Virus record (IMG/VR): IMGVR_UViG_3300046455_000477
Span: 11,330 to 75,329 of that record
Strand: one strand, 5' to 3'
Length of the DNA stretch: 64,000 bases
Source: a virus
Each line of letters begins with the position of its first letter. The first letter of the stretch is position 1. A model generated the notes under the pieces. It was given only the letters and a program-made list of their open reading frames with translations. It was not told where the DNA came from and made no database searches. The position numbers and the translations under genes were made by a program. This document shows, piece after piece, positions 29,696-38,371 of the stretch.

Positions 29696-29908
29696 TCATC
29701 GCTCGGCAAGCCACTTCGGCATCGTCACGCGAACGTGCTGGACTGCGACGAGGTGCCTCGCGCCGTAGTGCGGCTTGCGGTCCTCGTCCCAGAGGTGCTC
29801 GATGGTCACGAGCTTCTTCGGCAGGTAGTTGCCAGTGAGGATCTTGTAGGCTCGCGGGGTCTCGCGCTTGGTGTCGAGAACGGTCTGGAAGGTCACGGTA
29901 GCGGTCAC
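29696..29908 (-). CDS. Small SH3-like protein (ETxxA...LPK...PxWLA family)
   Basis: CCGCCAGGAG leader and GTG 29908; resembles 38368-38550. Confidence 0.6.
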   Translation of the reverse strand: MTATVTFQTVLDTKRETPRAYKILTGNYLPKKLVTIEHLWDEDRKPHYGARHLVAVQHVRVTMPKWLAER

Positions 29909-29930
29909 GGCGGGTTCTCCTGGCGGAAGA

Positions 29931-30125
29931 TCAGATCGGCTTGACGACGACGAAGCTGGAGCCGTTGCGGACGATGAGGCCAGCGGCGGCAAGCTCCTCG
30001 ATCCGGGCGGCGGGGATGATCGTGCAGCGCTTACGGCTGACGCCCCAGAAGTTTCCGGCAAAGTTGCTGATTGGCTTTCCCCGGGAGTAGGTCCAGAGCC
30101 AAGCGGCGAATTTTTCGGTTGACAT
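29931..30125 (-). CDS. Hypothetical early protein
   Basis: ATG 30125, just downstream of a promoter copy, with an AGGA RBS. Confidence 0.55.
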   Translation of the reverse strand: MSTEKFAAWLWTYSRGKPISNFAGNFWGVSRKRCTIIPAARIEELAAAGLIVRNGSSFVVVKPI

Positions 30126-30163
30126 CGTGATTTTTCCTAGCGGGGGGAATCCCCGACACCAGC

Positions 30164-30193
30164 TTTGTAGGCCGATGTCGGGTGTGGATGAAA
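30164..30193 (-). promoter_or_regulatory. Early promoter copy (TTTCAT-N18-TACAAA)
   Basis: Member of the repeated CTTTC...GCCTACAAAG family. Confidence 0.7.
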
Positions 30194-30201
30194 GAGAAAT
30201 T

Positions 30202-30636
30202 CTACTCCAGGCCCAGTTTTCCGGCGCACTCTGGCCCAATTCCGCGATCGATGCTCTCGGGAACCGTCAGGGCACGACCGCAGCGACCGCAGCGGCCTTC
30301 ATGCCTGACCTCCAGGCTGACGGTCTCGGGAACCTTCTCGCCAGCGAGGACCTGGTCCGCGAAGAAGCGGACGGCCCGAACCGGCAGCGCATCGTCGCTC
30401 ATCTTGGACTTCTTGGTGGTCCGGAACCCGAAGGAGTCCATCGTCCCGATGTAGGTGAAGTCGCGGGTGTTGTCCGGACCGGTCAGGGTCGAGACGAAGA
30501 AGCGGTCGTTGCGGTTCTCGCAGGACGATACGCGATAGGTGTAGCGGGCTCCCGTCTTCATCGACGAGAGAGTGAAGACCGCCCGACCGGCGGTGACGAA
30601 ACGGCGGATGTCGGCGGGGTCGCAGAGTAGGCACAT
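30202..30636 (-). CDS. DUF6011-like zinc-finger protein
   Basis: HEGRCGRCGRALTVPESIDRGIGPECA. Confidence 0.8.
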   Translation of the reverse strand: MCLLCDPADIRRFVTAGRAVFTLSSMKTGARYTYRVSSCENRNDRFFVSTLTGPDNTRDFTYIGTMDSFGFRTTKKSKMSDDALPVRAVRFFADQVLAGEKVPETVSLEVRHEGRCGRCGRALTVPESIDRGIGPECAGKLGLE

Positions 30637-30689
30637 AGCGAAGTCTCCTGGCGGGAGTGAAACCGGGGGAACGCCCCCCGGACCCAGTC

Positions 30690-30718
30690 TTTGTAGGCTG
30701 ACACGGACTGGCGCGAAA
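30690..30718 (-). promoter_or_regulatory. Early promoter copy (TTTCGC-N17-TACAAA)
   Basis: Repeated motif upstream of a gene start. Confidence 0.7.
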
Positions 30719-30811
30719 GACCTTTTCCTAAAAATTCCTCAGGGGCGCAGCGCCTCCTGCAGTCGGGCTAGGCGACCGGGGGGCGGGTTCGGTAGGCTAG
30801 CCTCGGTGTCG

Positions 30812-31090
30812 TCACTGAAGCGTCCTGTGCGGTCGGTGCATCTCCCCTTCGCCCAGGTCCAGGAGCCGCTCCGGTATCTCCCAGTCGACGAGCCACGACC
30901 GAATGTGGGGGACGAGCGTCCCGGGATCCTCTCCGTGCAGTGGAGCGAACTCCGACACGAGCTTCCGCGCTGCCAGACACATGTCCTCGGCCACGAGGGA
31001 TATGAAGATCATCATCCTGTCGACCGACACCTCGCGACAGGTTTGGGCAGCCTCGTCCAGCAGCTTGTGGACCATTTCCTCGGTCGTCAT
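30812..31090 (-). CDS. Hypothetical protein
   Basis: GGAGG RBS; ATG overlaps the previous stop (MTTEEMVH). Confidence 0.55.
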   Translation of the reverse strand: MTTEEMVHKLLDEAAQTCREVSVDRMMIFISLVAEDMCLAARKLVSEFAPLHGEDPGTLVPHIRSWLVDWEIPERLLDLGEGEMHRPHRTLQ

Positions 31091-31293
31091 CGCACACCTC
31101 CCCTCGATCTGCTGACGATGATCTGCCAGAGTCGAGCGGCGTCGGTGCTGCTCGCCTTGATGAACCAATCGTAGGGATCATGGCTGAAGCGGAGCCACTC
31201 GCTGTGGCTCAGGTATATCCCGACGAATTCCAGCTCGCCGCGATCGATGCTCCGCATGATCAGCAGGACGTTGTGCAACTCGGCTATGTCCAT
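31087..31293 (-). CDS. Hypothetical protein
   Basis: GGAGGA RBS; 68 aa. Confidence 0.6.
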   Translation of the reverse strand: MDIAELHNVLLIMRSIDRGELEFVGIYLSHSEWLRFSHDPYDWFIKASSTDAARLWQIIVSRSRGGVR

Positions 31294-31341
31294 GGTTCAG
31301 TCCTCCACTGGAGGGGAGCCGCGTGGCCCCCCTCCGATTGA

Positions 31342-32286
31342 TCAGCCAACCTCGGCCATCACCAGCTTCAGGGCGGCGCTCTTGTTCTTGTCGGCGCGGC
31401 CGAACAGGCTGGAGTTGAGCCGGTGGCTGTCGCTCATCGCGCGTCGCTCGTGATCGGAGAACTGCGTGACAGCGTTCAGCCAGGCCCAGGCGGTCCCGTG
31501 GCGACCCTCCAGGTCGACGCCGATGAGGCCCTCTCCGCGGAAGAGGTTCATCACCCGGTCCACGGTCGGCCCGTCCTGGGTAGTGAACACCTTGTTCGTG
31601 AGCTCCAGCGCCCGGTCCTCGGACAACGGAGCGTTGGCGAGCCGCCGCATGTTGTCCATGAACGTGTCGAACGACCGGGGGGCGACCCCGAGGGTTTTCT
31701 TAGCTTCGTCGGCATTGAACTTCGCGCTGTGAATGACGCGCACGGGAGCCTCCCCCCGGTTAGCCATCATCAGCGTGTTGTTGCACACGACGCACACGGT
31801 CGTGTAGCGAGCCGTGGTGGCCATGCTGCCGTCGAGAGCCGTGGAGAGGAGCAGGTAGCTCCGGACGCGGTCCCGATCGTCGATCATCGACTGCTCACCA
31901 ACGTAAGCGCTGGCGAAGAGCTTCCGGCCACCGAAGAGCGTTCCGGCTGTCGTTATCTGCAGCCCGATGCTCTCGACGAGGTCCCGAAAGAACTCGATGA
32001 CGTCACCCGGCTGAACGGTCTGGAAGCCGGAGCTGACAGCCCCGAGCGCTGCTCCGGTGTCGGAGCGAGCCTGGATGACGCGGTCGGTGACCGTGAAGCG
32101 CTCGCCATTGTGCTCGTAGAACGTGGTCTTCGGGATGCACTCCCAGTCCATACCCGCCTTCTGGCGGATCTCTTCCAGGCTAGCCGATGCGTTGAAGGAG
32201 TTTCCCATGCCGTGCCAGACATAGGTGCCTTCGAGATAGGCGAACTCCGCGAACCCGTTGCGGCGGATGGTTGTCTCGGCGGTCAT
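31342..32286 (-). CDS. DUF932 family protein
   Basis: WHGMG, AGMDW, LGAVS..FQTVQP, TAGTLFGGR, DGS, VVCNNTL and GTAWAWLNAVT motifs. Confidence 0.88.
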   Translation of the reverse strand: MTAETTIRRNGFAEFAYLEGTYVWHGMGNSFNASASLEEIRQKAGMDWECIPKTTFYEHNGERFTVTDRVIQARSDTGAALGAVSSGFQTVQPGDVIEFFRDLVESIGLQITTAGTLFGGRKLFASAYVGEQSMIDDRDRVRSYLLLSTALDGSMATTARYTTVCVVCNNTLMMANRGEAPVRVIHSAKFNADEAKKTLGVAPRSFDTFMDNMRRLANAPLSEDRALELTNKVFTTQDGPTVDRVMNLFRGEGLIGVDLEGRHGTAWAWLNAVTQFSDHERRAMSDSHRLNSSLFGRADKNKSAALKLVMAEVG

Positions 32287-32288
32287 CG

Positions 32289-32531
32289 TTAAATCTCCTT
32301 TTCATAAGTAATCTTGGTGACACCAAGAAGCTCCGCCTTGAGACGGAGCGCTGTCAGGCTTTGAGCCTTTGTCGGACCAAGGCGCAAGCTGCCGGCCTTG
32401 CCGACATAGTAGTAGTCAGATGCGCCAAAGCGGGTGAACACCCGCGTCCTGTTAGTGCGCTTGTTGGTCAGCTCAATGCTGCCACGAGCTAGCAGACCTT
32501 CGATGATGATATCTCGTTGAGTTTTAGCCAC
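32289..32531 (-). CDS. Hypothetical early protein
   Basis: CCGCCAGGAG leader and GTG 32531; YYYVGKAGSLRLG. Confidence 0.6.
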   Translation of the reverse strand: MAKTQRDIIIEGLLARGSIELTNKRTNRTRVFTRFGASDYYYVGKAGSLRLGPTKAQSLTALRLKAELLGVTKITYEKEI

Positions 32532-32580
32532 GGCGGGGTCTCCTGGCGGTAGCCTCGGGCGGGGTGCCCTCGGTAGCACC

Positions 32581-32610
32581 TTTCTAGGCGTTCCCTCGGG
32601 CTGAACGAAA
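32581..32610 (-). promoter_or_regulatory. Early promoter copy (TTTCGT-N18-TAGAAA)
   Basis: Variant of the repeated motif. Confidence 0.6.
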
Positions 32611-32626
32611 GATGTTTTCCGCGAAA

Positions 32627-32740
32627 CTATCTTTCGTTCCGCCGCTCCAGCCACTGACCAAGGAAAACCCCGATCAGCACGCCGAGGGCGACAAGTATGG
32701 CGGCGTCGAAGAGGTCGAAGGAGGCCCGAAGCGCGCTCAT
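32627..32740 (-). CDS. 37 aa single-pass membrane peptide (not in ORF track)
   Basis: Own translation MSALRASFDLFDAAILVALGVLIGVFLGQWLERRNER*; ATG overlaps the previous stop. Confidence 0.55.
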   Translation of the reverse strand: MSALRASFDLFDAAILVALGVLIGVFLGQWLERRNER

Positions 32741-32943
32741 GGCTCGTCCTCATTGAGCATGTCGTCCCACTCCTCGACGGTCATACCGGTCATGTAGAAC
32801 TCTCGCTCGCTGGCGGAGAGCTGCGGAAAAGCGTCCTGAATCAGGATACCACCTCGGGTGTAGGCGGCGACCTGTTCGACTGTGATGTTCAGCTCCATCG
32901 TGCGGACGAAGCCGGAGAAGGCGGAGCGGCGGGTGACGAGCAT
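32737..32943 (-). CDS. Conserved small phage protein
   Basis: LIQDAFPQLSASEREFYMTGMT.EEWD motif. Confidence 0.75.
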   Translation of the reverse strand: MLVTRRSAFSGFVRTMELNITVEQVAAYTRGGILIQDAFPQLSASEREFYMTGMTVEEWDDMLNEDEP

Positions 32944-32995
32944 CGGTACTCTCCTTGCAGCAGCGGGACCGGGGGACGCCCCCCGGTCGGGTCGG

Positions 32996-33670
32996 TCACA
33001 GGCTCCAGTCGCACTCCAGGCGGACGCGGTTCTCGTGGAACGCGGCCCACGCGACGCGGACGCTATTCTCCATCAGGTTGGTGCACTGGCTGGTAGACGC
33101 CGACAGCCAGCGGCTCTTGGCCATCAGCTCGGTGACGACCATCTCGTAGAGGTTGTCGAACCGCTCGCGGGTCGTGAGTGGCTGGCCGTTCTCGTTGGTC
33201 TTCTCGCCGAGGATCCCGACCCAGTGGGCGACGGCGTCGTAGACGTCGGCCTTGGCGGCGTTCTCGAAGTGCTTGTCGGCCCAGCCCATCACGGAGCACA
33301 GGCTGTTTCCGCGTGCCACTGCCTTCACAAGGTCGGCGTGGAGGCGCTGCAGATCGTCCTTGGCGACCGCGGACGCGGCGCTCAGGCGGCTCGGGAGCGT
33401 CGCCCAGGCGCGGTCCAGAGTCTCTGCGGCGATGAGCGGCCGGAGGTTGTCGATGGCCGACTGGAGAGTCTCGAGCGAATAGGTGGCGTTCTTCTCCATT
33501 GCTTCCTGGTAGTATCCGTCGGTCGTCGCCTTCGTCAGGATGCGGTGGAGGAGGGACAGTCGCTGGCGGGCGTCGCCCTTCACGGAGACGTCTCTCAGGA
33601 CGCTGAGGTCGGCGCGAAGGTCTGCGAGGGCGTTGGAGCGGCGCTCGGCACGGGGGATGCGATTGGACAC
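32996..33670 (-). CDS. Hypothetical helical early protein
   Basis: CCGCCAGGAG leader and GTG 33670. Confidence 0.65.
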   Translation of the reverse strand: MSNRIPRAERRSNALADLRADLSVLRDVSVKGDARQRLSLLHRILTKATTDGYYQEAMEKNATYSLETLQSAIDNLRPLIAAETLDRAWATLPSRLSAASAVAKDDLQRLHADLVKAVARGNSLCSVMGWADKHFENAAKADVYDAVAHWVGILGEKTNENGQPLTTRERFDNLYEMVVTELMAKSRWLSASTSQCTNLMENSVRVAWAAFHENRVRLECDWSL

Positions 33671-33694
33671 GGGGATTCTCCTGGCGGGTGGGGA

Positions 33695-33976
33695 TTAGAG
33701 GGTGACGAACTGGCAGGGTTGGCAGTACTGATACCCGCCTTTCGTCCATTTTCCGGCGAAACCGTCCTTGAGGCAAAAGCCGAGGGGAGCAAGGTTGTAG
33801 GCGAAGCCGCTCGGGATGTTCTTCCAGCCACGGTCGCGAAGCTCGCTCGCGATACGGGAGACCGCGATGCCCTGGGTCATGGAACCGTCCGCGAGCTTGA
33901 AGCTGTGGACGAGGCAGTCGAGGATGGCGTTCTGAAGACGGAGAGCGGCGGCAGACATCTTTTGGTCACGGGTCAC
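33695..33976 (-). CDS. Hypothetical early protein
   Basis: Leader motif and GTG 33976, downstream of a promoter copy. Confidence 0.6.
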   Translation of the reverse strand: MTRDQKMSAAALRLQNAILDCLVHSFKLADGSMTQGIAVSRIASELRDRGWKNIPSGFAYNLAPLGFCLKDGFAGKWTKGGYQYCQPCQFVTL

Positions 33977-34031
33977 GAGGGTAGCTCCTGGCGGGAGGGT
34001 TGGAGGCTCGGGCCACCGGCCCGACCCCAGC

Positions 34032-34060
34032 TTTGTAGGCCGATCACTCCTGCGGCGAAA
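34032..34060 (-). promoter_or_regulatory. Early promoter copy (TTTCGC-N17-TACAAA)
   Basis: Repeated motif. Confidence 0.7.
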
Positions 34061-34295
34061 GATCTTTCCCGAGAAATATTCTTTCGTCCTCGGCAGCTCG
34101 CGCCTCTCCGATCCACAGCGCCTGGAGCTGCGCATCACTGCGCCGCAGGCCATGGGATCCCGACGTCCCTGCGTCGGCATAGCAGATCGGGTTCCCCATC
34201 ACCCGGCATACCGGGCACTCCGGACAGATGCAGGCCTCTGTAGCACGACCGCAGACGTCGCACGGACCCGATCTCCAGTGTAGCATATCACTCAC
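34044..34295 (-). CDS. Small Cys-rich protein
   Basis: PCDVCG...CICPECPVC...NPICY; AGGAG RBS. Confidence 0.55.
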   Translation of the reverse strand: MSDMLHWRSGPCDVCGRATEACICPECPVCRVMGNPICYADAGTSGSHGLRRSDAQLQALWIGEARAAEDERIFLGKDLSPQE

Positions 34296-34343
34296 TCCTA
34301 GAAAAGGCCAGCCCCCCGGTTTGTCCGGGGGGCGTGACCGGGT

Positions 34344-35270
34344 TCAGCCGATGGACTTGCGGGCGGCTCCGCCCCCGACCTGACGGTCCAGGCCGATGTC
34401 CCGGCCGGACTGTGATCCGGAGTTGTAGGCGTTCCAGTCGACGCGAGCGGCCTCCTTCGCCTGGCGGCGCTGATAACCCTCGTACCAGCGGCGATCCCGG
34501 GCCTCGCGCTTCGCGCGCTCGGCGGGGGTCTCCTGCTTTACCGGCTCCACCGCCTTGCGGGCGTCGTACTCGGCGCGCCACTGAGCGGCCCGAGCGGCGG
34601 ACTCGGCCCGAGCGCGGGTCGTGGTTCCCGGAGCGTATCCGTAGCGGAGGTCGTTATTCAGGTCCTCCTCGTTCAGGTAGACGTCGGAGAGGACCAGCTC
34701 CGTTCCGTTGCCCCTGGGAACGTCGCCACGGCGAGCACGAGCCTCGGCGTCGGCCTTGGCCCGGAGGTCGGACAGGCGGCTCTGCAGCCGATCGCTGCAT
34801 CCGTTGAACCACGACTTCGTGGAGCGGTCCCGCTTGTCCTCGTAGGGGCAGAGGCGCTCCATTGTGGCCATCAGGTAGGAGTACATCTCCCGGACCACGA
34901 GGATGTTGACGCTGCGGCCGACCAGGCAGTGACGGCGACGCATCCGGAGCTTGCCGGTGCCGTTCGTGCGGCGGGCGAGGGTCTCGACCGTCCAGTGAGC
35001 GCAGAAGTTGGCCTCGGCGACCGCCTTCATCAGCGTGACCTGCCAGTCGGCGGTGGCGGCGATACTGCCGACATCCTTCTCGCGGGTGGCGTCGACCGAC
35101 GCGGGCTCGCTGTCGTCGATGGAGGACATCTCCAGGTTGTACTCGGCGAGGATCGCCTGCGCCTTCAGGGCGGCGGCGTTGGCCTCGTTTTCGTTGGAGT
35201 TATTGCCGGCGAGCGCGAGCAGCTTGCGGACGCGGGCGATGACGGACTCGGGGACGGCTGTCTGGGACAC
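34344..35270 (-). CDS. DUF2786-domain protein
   Basis: GTG 35270 after the leader motif; VIARVRKLLALA...NENEANAA..KAQAILAEYNL. Confidence 0.8.
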   Translation of the reverse strand: MSQTAVPESVIARVRKLLALAGNNSNENEANAAALKAQAILAEYNLEMSSIDDSEPASVDATREKDVGSIAATADWQVTLMKAVAEANFCAHWTVETLARRTNGTGKLRMRRRHCLVGRSVNILVVREMYSYLMATMERLCPYEDKRDRSTKSWFNGCSDRLQSRLSDLRAKADAEARARRGDVPRGNGTELVLSDVYLNEEDLNNDLRYGYAPGTTTRARAESAARAAQWRAEYDARKAVEPVKQETPAERAKREARDRRWYEGYQRRQAKEAARVDWNAYNSGSQSGRDIGLDRQVGGGAARKSIG

Positions 35271-35326
35271 GGCGGGTTCTCCTGGCGGGAGGTGGTGGGC
35301 TCCGGAGGCTCCCCCCGGACCCCAGC

Positions 35327-35356
35327 TTTGTAGCCGGAGAGTCCGGGGGAGGGAAA
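35327..35356 (-). promoter_or_regulatory. Early promoter copy (TTTCCC-N18-TACAAA)
   Basis: Repeated motif. Confidence 0.7.
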
Positions 35357-35388
35357 GACTTTTCCTGGGGTGAAGCAAGAATAATCCG

Positions 35389-35883
35389 TTAGCCAAACAT
35401 TCCGGGAAACTCGGCGCTCTCGACCTCGTCGGCGGCCTCGTCCAGCGCATCGGCGGCCTCCTCCAGCTCCTGGAGCTCGTCCCCGAGCTTCTCGGCCTCC
35501 GCCTCGTCCTCGCGGAGCTTCTCGACGACCCCCCGCATCTCCTCAGCAGCTGCGCGGCCAAAGTTGGCGATGTTGCTGGCGCGAGTGGCCCGCGACTCCG
35601 CCCCCCGCTTCCGGCCGCCACGCATCATCACGCCGACGGTGGCGACGACGTCCCGCAGCAGCTCCTCGGCCTCCATGGACAGTTCGGGCTTACACCCGTC
35701 GATGCCCTCCAGGATGTCGGCGGTCTCGCCCAGGGTCTGGATGCGCGGGGTCTCGGCGAGTCCTCCCTCGGCGTTGTCGACGATCTCACGGAGCTCCTCG
35801 GCGAGGGACTCGGTGTCGGCGTAGAAGATGTCAATGGCGTTCGGCACGGACGTCTTGATGGTCTCGAGTTTGTAGCGTGACAC
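35389..35883 (-). CDS. Acidic helical hypothetical protein
   Basis: AAGGAGA RBS; 164 aa, E/D-rich, ends EFPGMFG. Confidence 0.7.
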   Translation of the reverse strand: MSRYKLETIKTSVPNAIDIFYADTESLAEELREIVDNAEGGLAETPRIQTLGETADILEGIDGCKPELSMEAEELLRDVVATVGVMMRGGRKRGAESRATRASNIANFGRAAAEEMRGVVEKLREDEAEAEKLGDELQELEEAADALDEAADEVESAEFPGMFG

Positions 35884-35895
35884 GGTGGGCTCTCC

Positions 35896-36084
35896 TTAGG
35901 AAATTTGACCGGCGGCGCGAGCCTTGGCGACAGCGGCGGCGCTCGGGGCGCGACCGAAGAGCGCGGTCCAGTCGGCGACGTACTTGGCTTCGGTTTTCAC
36001 GGTATAGGTCTTGGCGGGCTTGGCGACAATGCCGAGGCGGGCGAGGCGGCGAGTGACGCGGTCGGGCTTGGAATCGTGGCTCAC
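35896..36084 (-). CDS. Small basic early protein
   Basis: AAGGAG RBS and GTG 36084. Confidence 0.55.
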   Translation of the reverse strand: MSHDSKPDRVTRRLARLGIVAKPAKTYTVKTEAKYVADWTALFGRAPSAAAVAKARAAGQIS

Positions 36085-36122
36085 GGCGGGCTCCTTGACC
36101 GGGGGGAATCCCCGACCCCCTC

Positions 36123-36151
36123 TTTGTAGGCTGACGTCGGGGATCCTGAAA
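36123..36151 (-). promoter_or_regulatory. Early promoter copy (TTTCAG-N17-TACAAA)
   Basis: Repeated motif. Confidence 0.7.
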
Positions 36152-36179
36152 GACTTTTCTTCGGGGTGAGGTAGGAATC

Positions 36180-37199
36180 TTAGACTGCCACCTCGCTCAC
36201 GCCGCCCTGCGGCCGGTCGATCGAGGATCGCCACCACCGCTTCCCCCCGCACTCGGCGCAGCGAAACCGCTGAGGGTTTGAGGTAGCTCTGCTTCCGTAG
36301 TCGCTGGCCTCCAACCACGCATGGGAACAGCCCGCAGCCGAGCCGTGGGATCGGGCCACCGCGTCGTGTACCCAGTGGCCTCGGCGGTGATCCACCGGTC
36401 CCCTGCGGTCGCCCTGCGCCCCTTGCGGGGGTGACGGGTGCGGCGGGTAGACGCGGGGGACGAGGTGAGTGACCGAGTGGTGGGGGGTCGTCCGGACGGA
36501 GCGACCGCCGCTGAACGTTCGCTTGGCGCTTATCTCCACCATGGTTGGACTGAACAGATCGCCCGTCAGCGCCCCGAGCAGAGCGATGATGTTCCGGAGG
36601 TCGGCCGAGCCCTCCTTCAGGATCGGGATGTTCAGGTCCGCGAGGTCGAACCCACCCTGAATCTTCAGGAGCCGCGCCGAGTGGTGATCCGCCAGGGAGC
36701 CCAGCAGCTCCGGCGGGAGTCGGTTAGCGGCCGAACCCCAGAGGTACTCGTCCGGATTCATTCGGATGATCTCTGCCATTCGGGCGCGATCCTCGGTTGC
36801 CCACGGAACGTGAAGCTTGTAGGCGACCGGCCAGATAACGGCTCCGGTCACCGTCGGCCCATCGGCAAAGCAGTAGACGTCGTCGCCGACGACCAGGTAG
36901 CCGACACGGGCGTCCATCGTTGGGCTTCCCGGATACCCGTTCGCTTTATTCCAGAACGCTCGGTTGTCGACCTCCATCCACGTCGCCTGATGAGGTGAGC
37001 GGACGGTTGGGGCGATGGCGGCGATCAGCTCCGGGTGATCGTGGATCACCTGCCCGATCAGCTCGGAGGCGCGACTGTCGAAGACGTACTTCTCGGCTCT
37101 GTGGACGGCTTTGATGCCGTCCGGATATCTGGTTCCGTACTTTCCACCAAAGAATATCGGACGGGTCGTGACCATGTCCGCGAGCGTCAGATTTGTCAT
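36180..37199 (-). CDS. Hypothetical protein with HRRGHW motif and C-terminal Cys cluster
   Basis: 339 aa; GGAGG RBS; HRRGHWVH...CSHAW...CAECGGKRWW. Confidence 0.65.
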   Translation of the reverse strand: MTNLTLADMVTTRPIFFGGKYGTRYPDGIKAVHRAEKYVFDSRASELIGQVIHDHPELIAAIAPTVRSPHQATWMEVDNRAFWNKANGYPGSPTMDARVGYLVVGDDVYCFADGPTVTGAVIWPVAYKLHVPWATEDRARMAEIIRMNPDEYLWGSAANRLPPELLGSLADHHSARLLKIQGGFDLADLNIPILKEGSADLRNIIALLGALTGDLFSPTMVEISAKRTFSGGRSVRTTPHHSVTHLVPRVYPPHPSPPQGAQGDRRGPVDHRRGHWVHDAVARSHGSAAGCSHAWLEASDYGSRATSNPQRFRCAECGGKRWWRSSIDRPQGGVSEVAV

Positions 37200-37247
37200 G
37201 CAAGGCCTCCATGCGGAAACCGGGGGGCAAGCCCCCCGGTCGTTTCC

Positions 37248-37826
37248 TCAGCCAGCCGGAGTGATCTCGATCCAGCCCTTGCGAACCGCCTTGCGGAGGG
37301 TGCGGCGAGCCTTGGAGCCGACGAGCTCGATGAACTCCCCGACGGTCATGCCAGACTTCAGGAGCGAGCGGCGGCGGAGGCTGTCGGAGCCGTCCCGACC
37401 GCTCCACGAGGTGGCGAGAACCGTGATGACGTCGTCGTGATCGGCGGTCTTGGCGCGGCTCGCGCCCTCCTCGTCGTCGTCGGCGTCGGCGTTCTCCATC
37501 TCGGCCTCGATTGCCTTCATCTCGTCCTCGAGGGTATTCACGTCGGCCTCGATGACGTCCAGCTCGGCCTTGATGGCGTCCAGCTCGGTTTCGTCGGCCT
37601 CGGCCTCGTCGTCACTGAGGTCTTCACAAGCGCAGAGGTTGCCCGACTCGTCGATGAAGAACTCGTCGGCGTGCTTGGAGAGGAAAGCCTCGATGAAGTC
37701 GCGAAGCTGTTCGGCCTTTTGGCGAGAGAGGGTCGACGCGGCGGGCGTCCGGTCCTCGTTGTGCTCGCAGATCGTCTGAACGAGGGACACGAGAACGGGC
37801 TTGGAAGCGGTGCTGAGGTCGTACAC
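37248..37826 (-). CDS. Protein with acidic coiled coil and C-terminal GMTV domain
   Basis: Leader motif and GTG 37826. Confidence 0.65.
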   Translation of the reverse strand: MYDLSTASKPVLVSLVQTICEHNEDRTPAASTLSRQKAEQLRDFIEAFLSKHADEFFIDESGNLCACEDLSDDEAEADETELDAIKAELDVIEADVNTLEDEMKAIEAEMENADADDDEEGASRAKTADHDDVITVLATSWSGRDGSDSLRRRSLLKSGMTVGEFIELVGSKARRTLRKAVRKGWIEITPAG

Positions 37827-37876
37827 GGCGAAGTCTCCTGGCGGAGGGTTAGGGGCCAAACCGGCCCGGTAGATGA

Positions 37877-37905
37877 GTTCTAACCGTCCTCGGGAGACCG
37901 CGAAA
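37877..37905 (-). promoter_or_regulatory. Promoter (TTTCGC-N17-TAGAAC)
   Basis: Same -35 element and spacing as the early promoter family. Confidence 0.55.
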
Positions 37906-38371
37906 GCAAATTCTGCGAAAGAATATTTCGTTCCTGGGGGTTGGTTAGGACGGCGGATATCTCCCGCCAGCTCCAGTTTGCCGGACCACCCTTCCAAACT
38001 CGGCCGCTGGCGGGAACATTATTCAGACCCCCGAGGGCGAGCGCCGCCGCGTGAGCTCCGCTCACTATGTATAGTTGGTCGACGGGGTCGCCGCGCCGAG
38101 GTCCTCCGTCGTGTCGGCGGCGCACAGCGATCCATACGATCCCTCCGTGGCGGACGCGGCGGCTGATCCAGGCGACCTGGAGCGGGCGGAGGTCCACGGT
38201 GAAGCTGCTCGTCTCCTTGAACTCAATCCAGAACTCCGTTCCTGCGCTGCAGGAGTTCGAGTCCGGGATGCCGGGGGTTACTCCGCCGCTCTCCACAGCC
38301 ACCCAGTCGAAATCGCGAAGCTGTTGGCGAAACAGTCCTCGCAGTCCTCCGTCGCGCTTGGTGGCCGTCAG
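37880..38371 (-). CDS. VRR-NUC / PD-(D/E)xK nuclease (resolvase-like)
   Basis: VES...PGIPD...FWIEFK...LRPLQVAW; start uncertain. Confidence 0.8.
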   Translation of the reverse strand: MTATKRDGGLRGLFRQQLRDFDWVAVESGGVTPGIPDSNSCSAGTEFWIEFKETSSFTVDLRPLQVAWISRRVRHGGIVWIAVRRRHDGGPRRGDPVDQLYIVSGAHAAALALGGLNNVPASGRVWKGGPANWSWREISAVLTNPQERNILSQNLLSRSPEDG

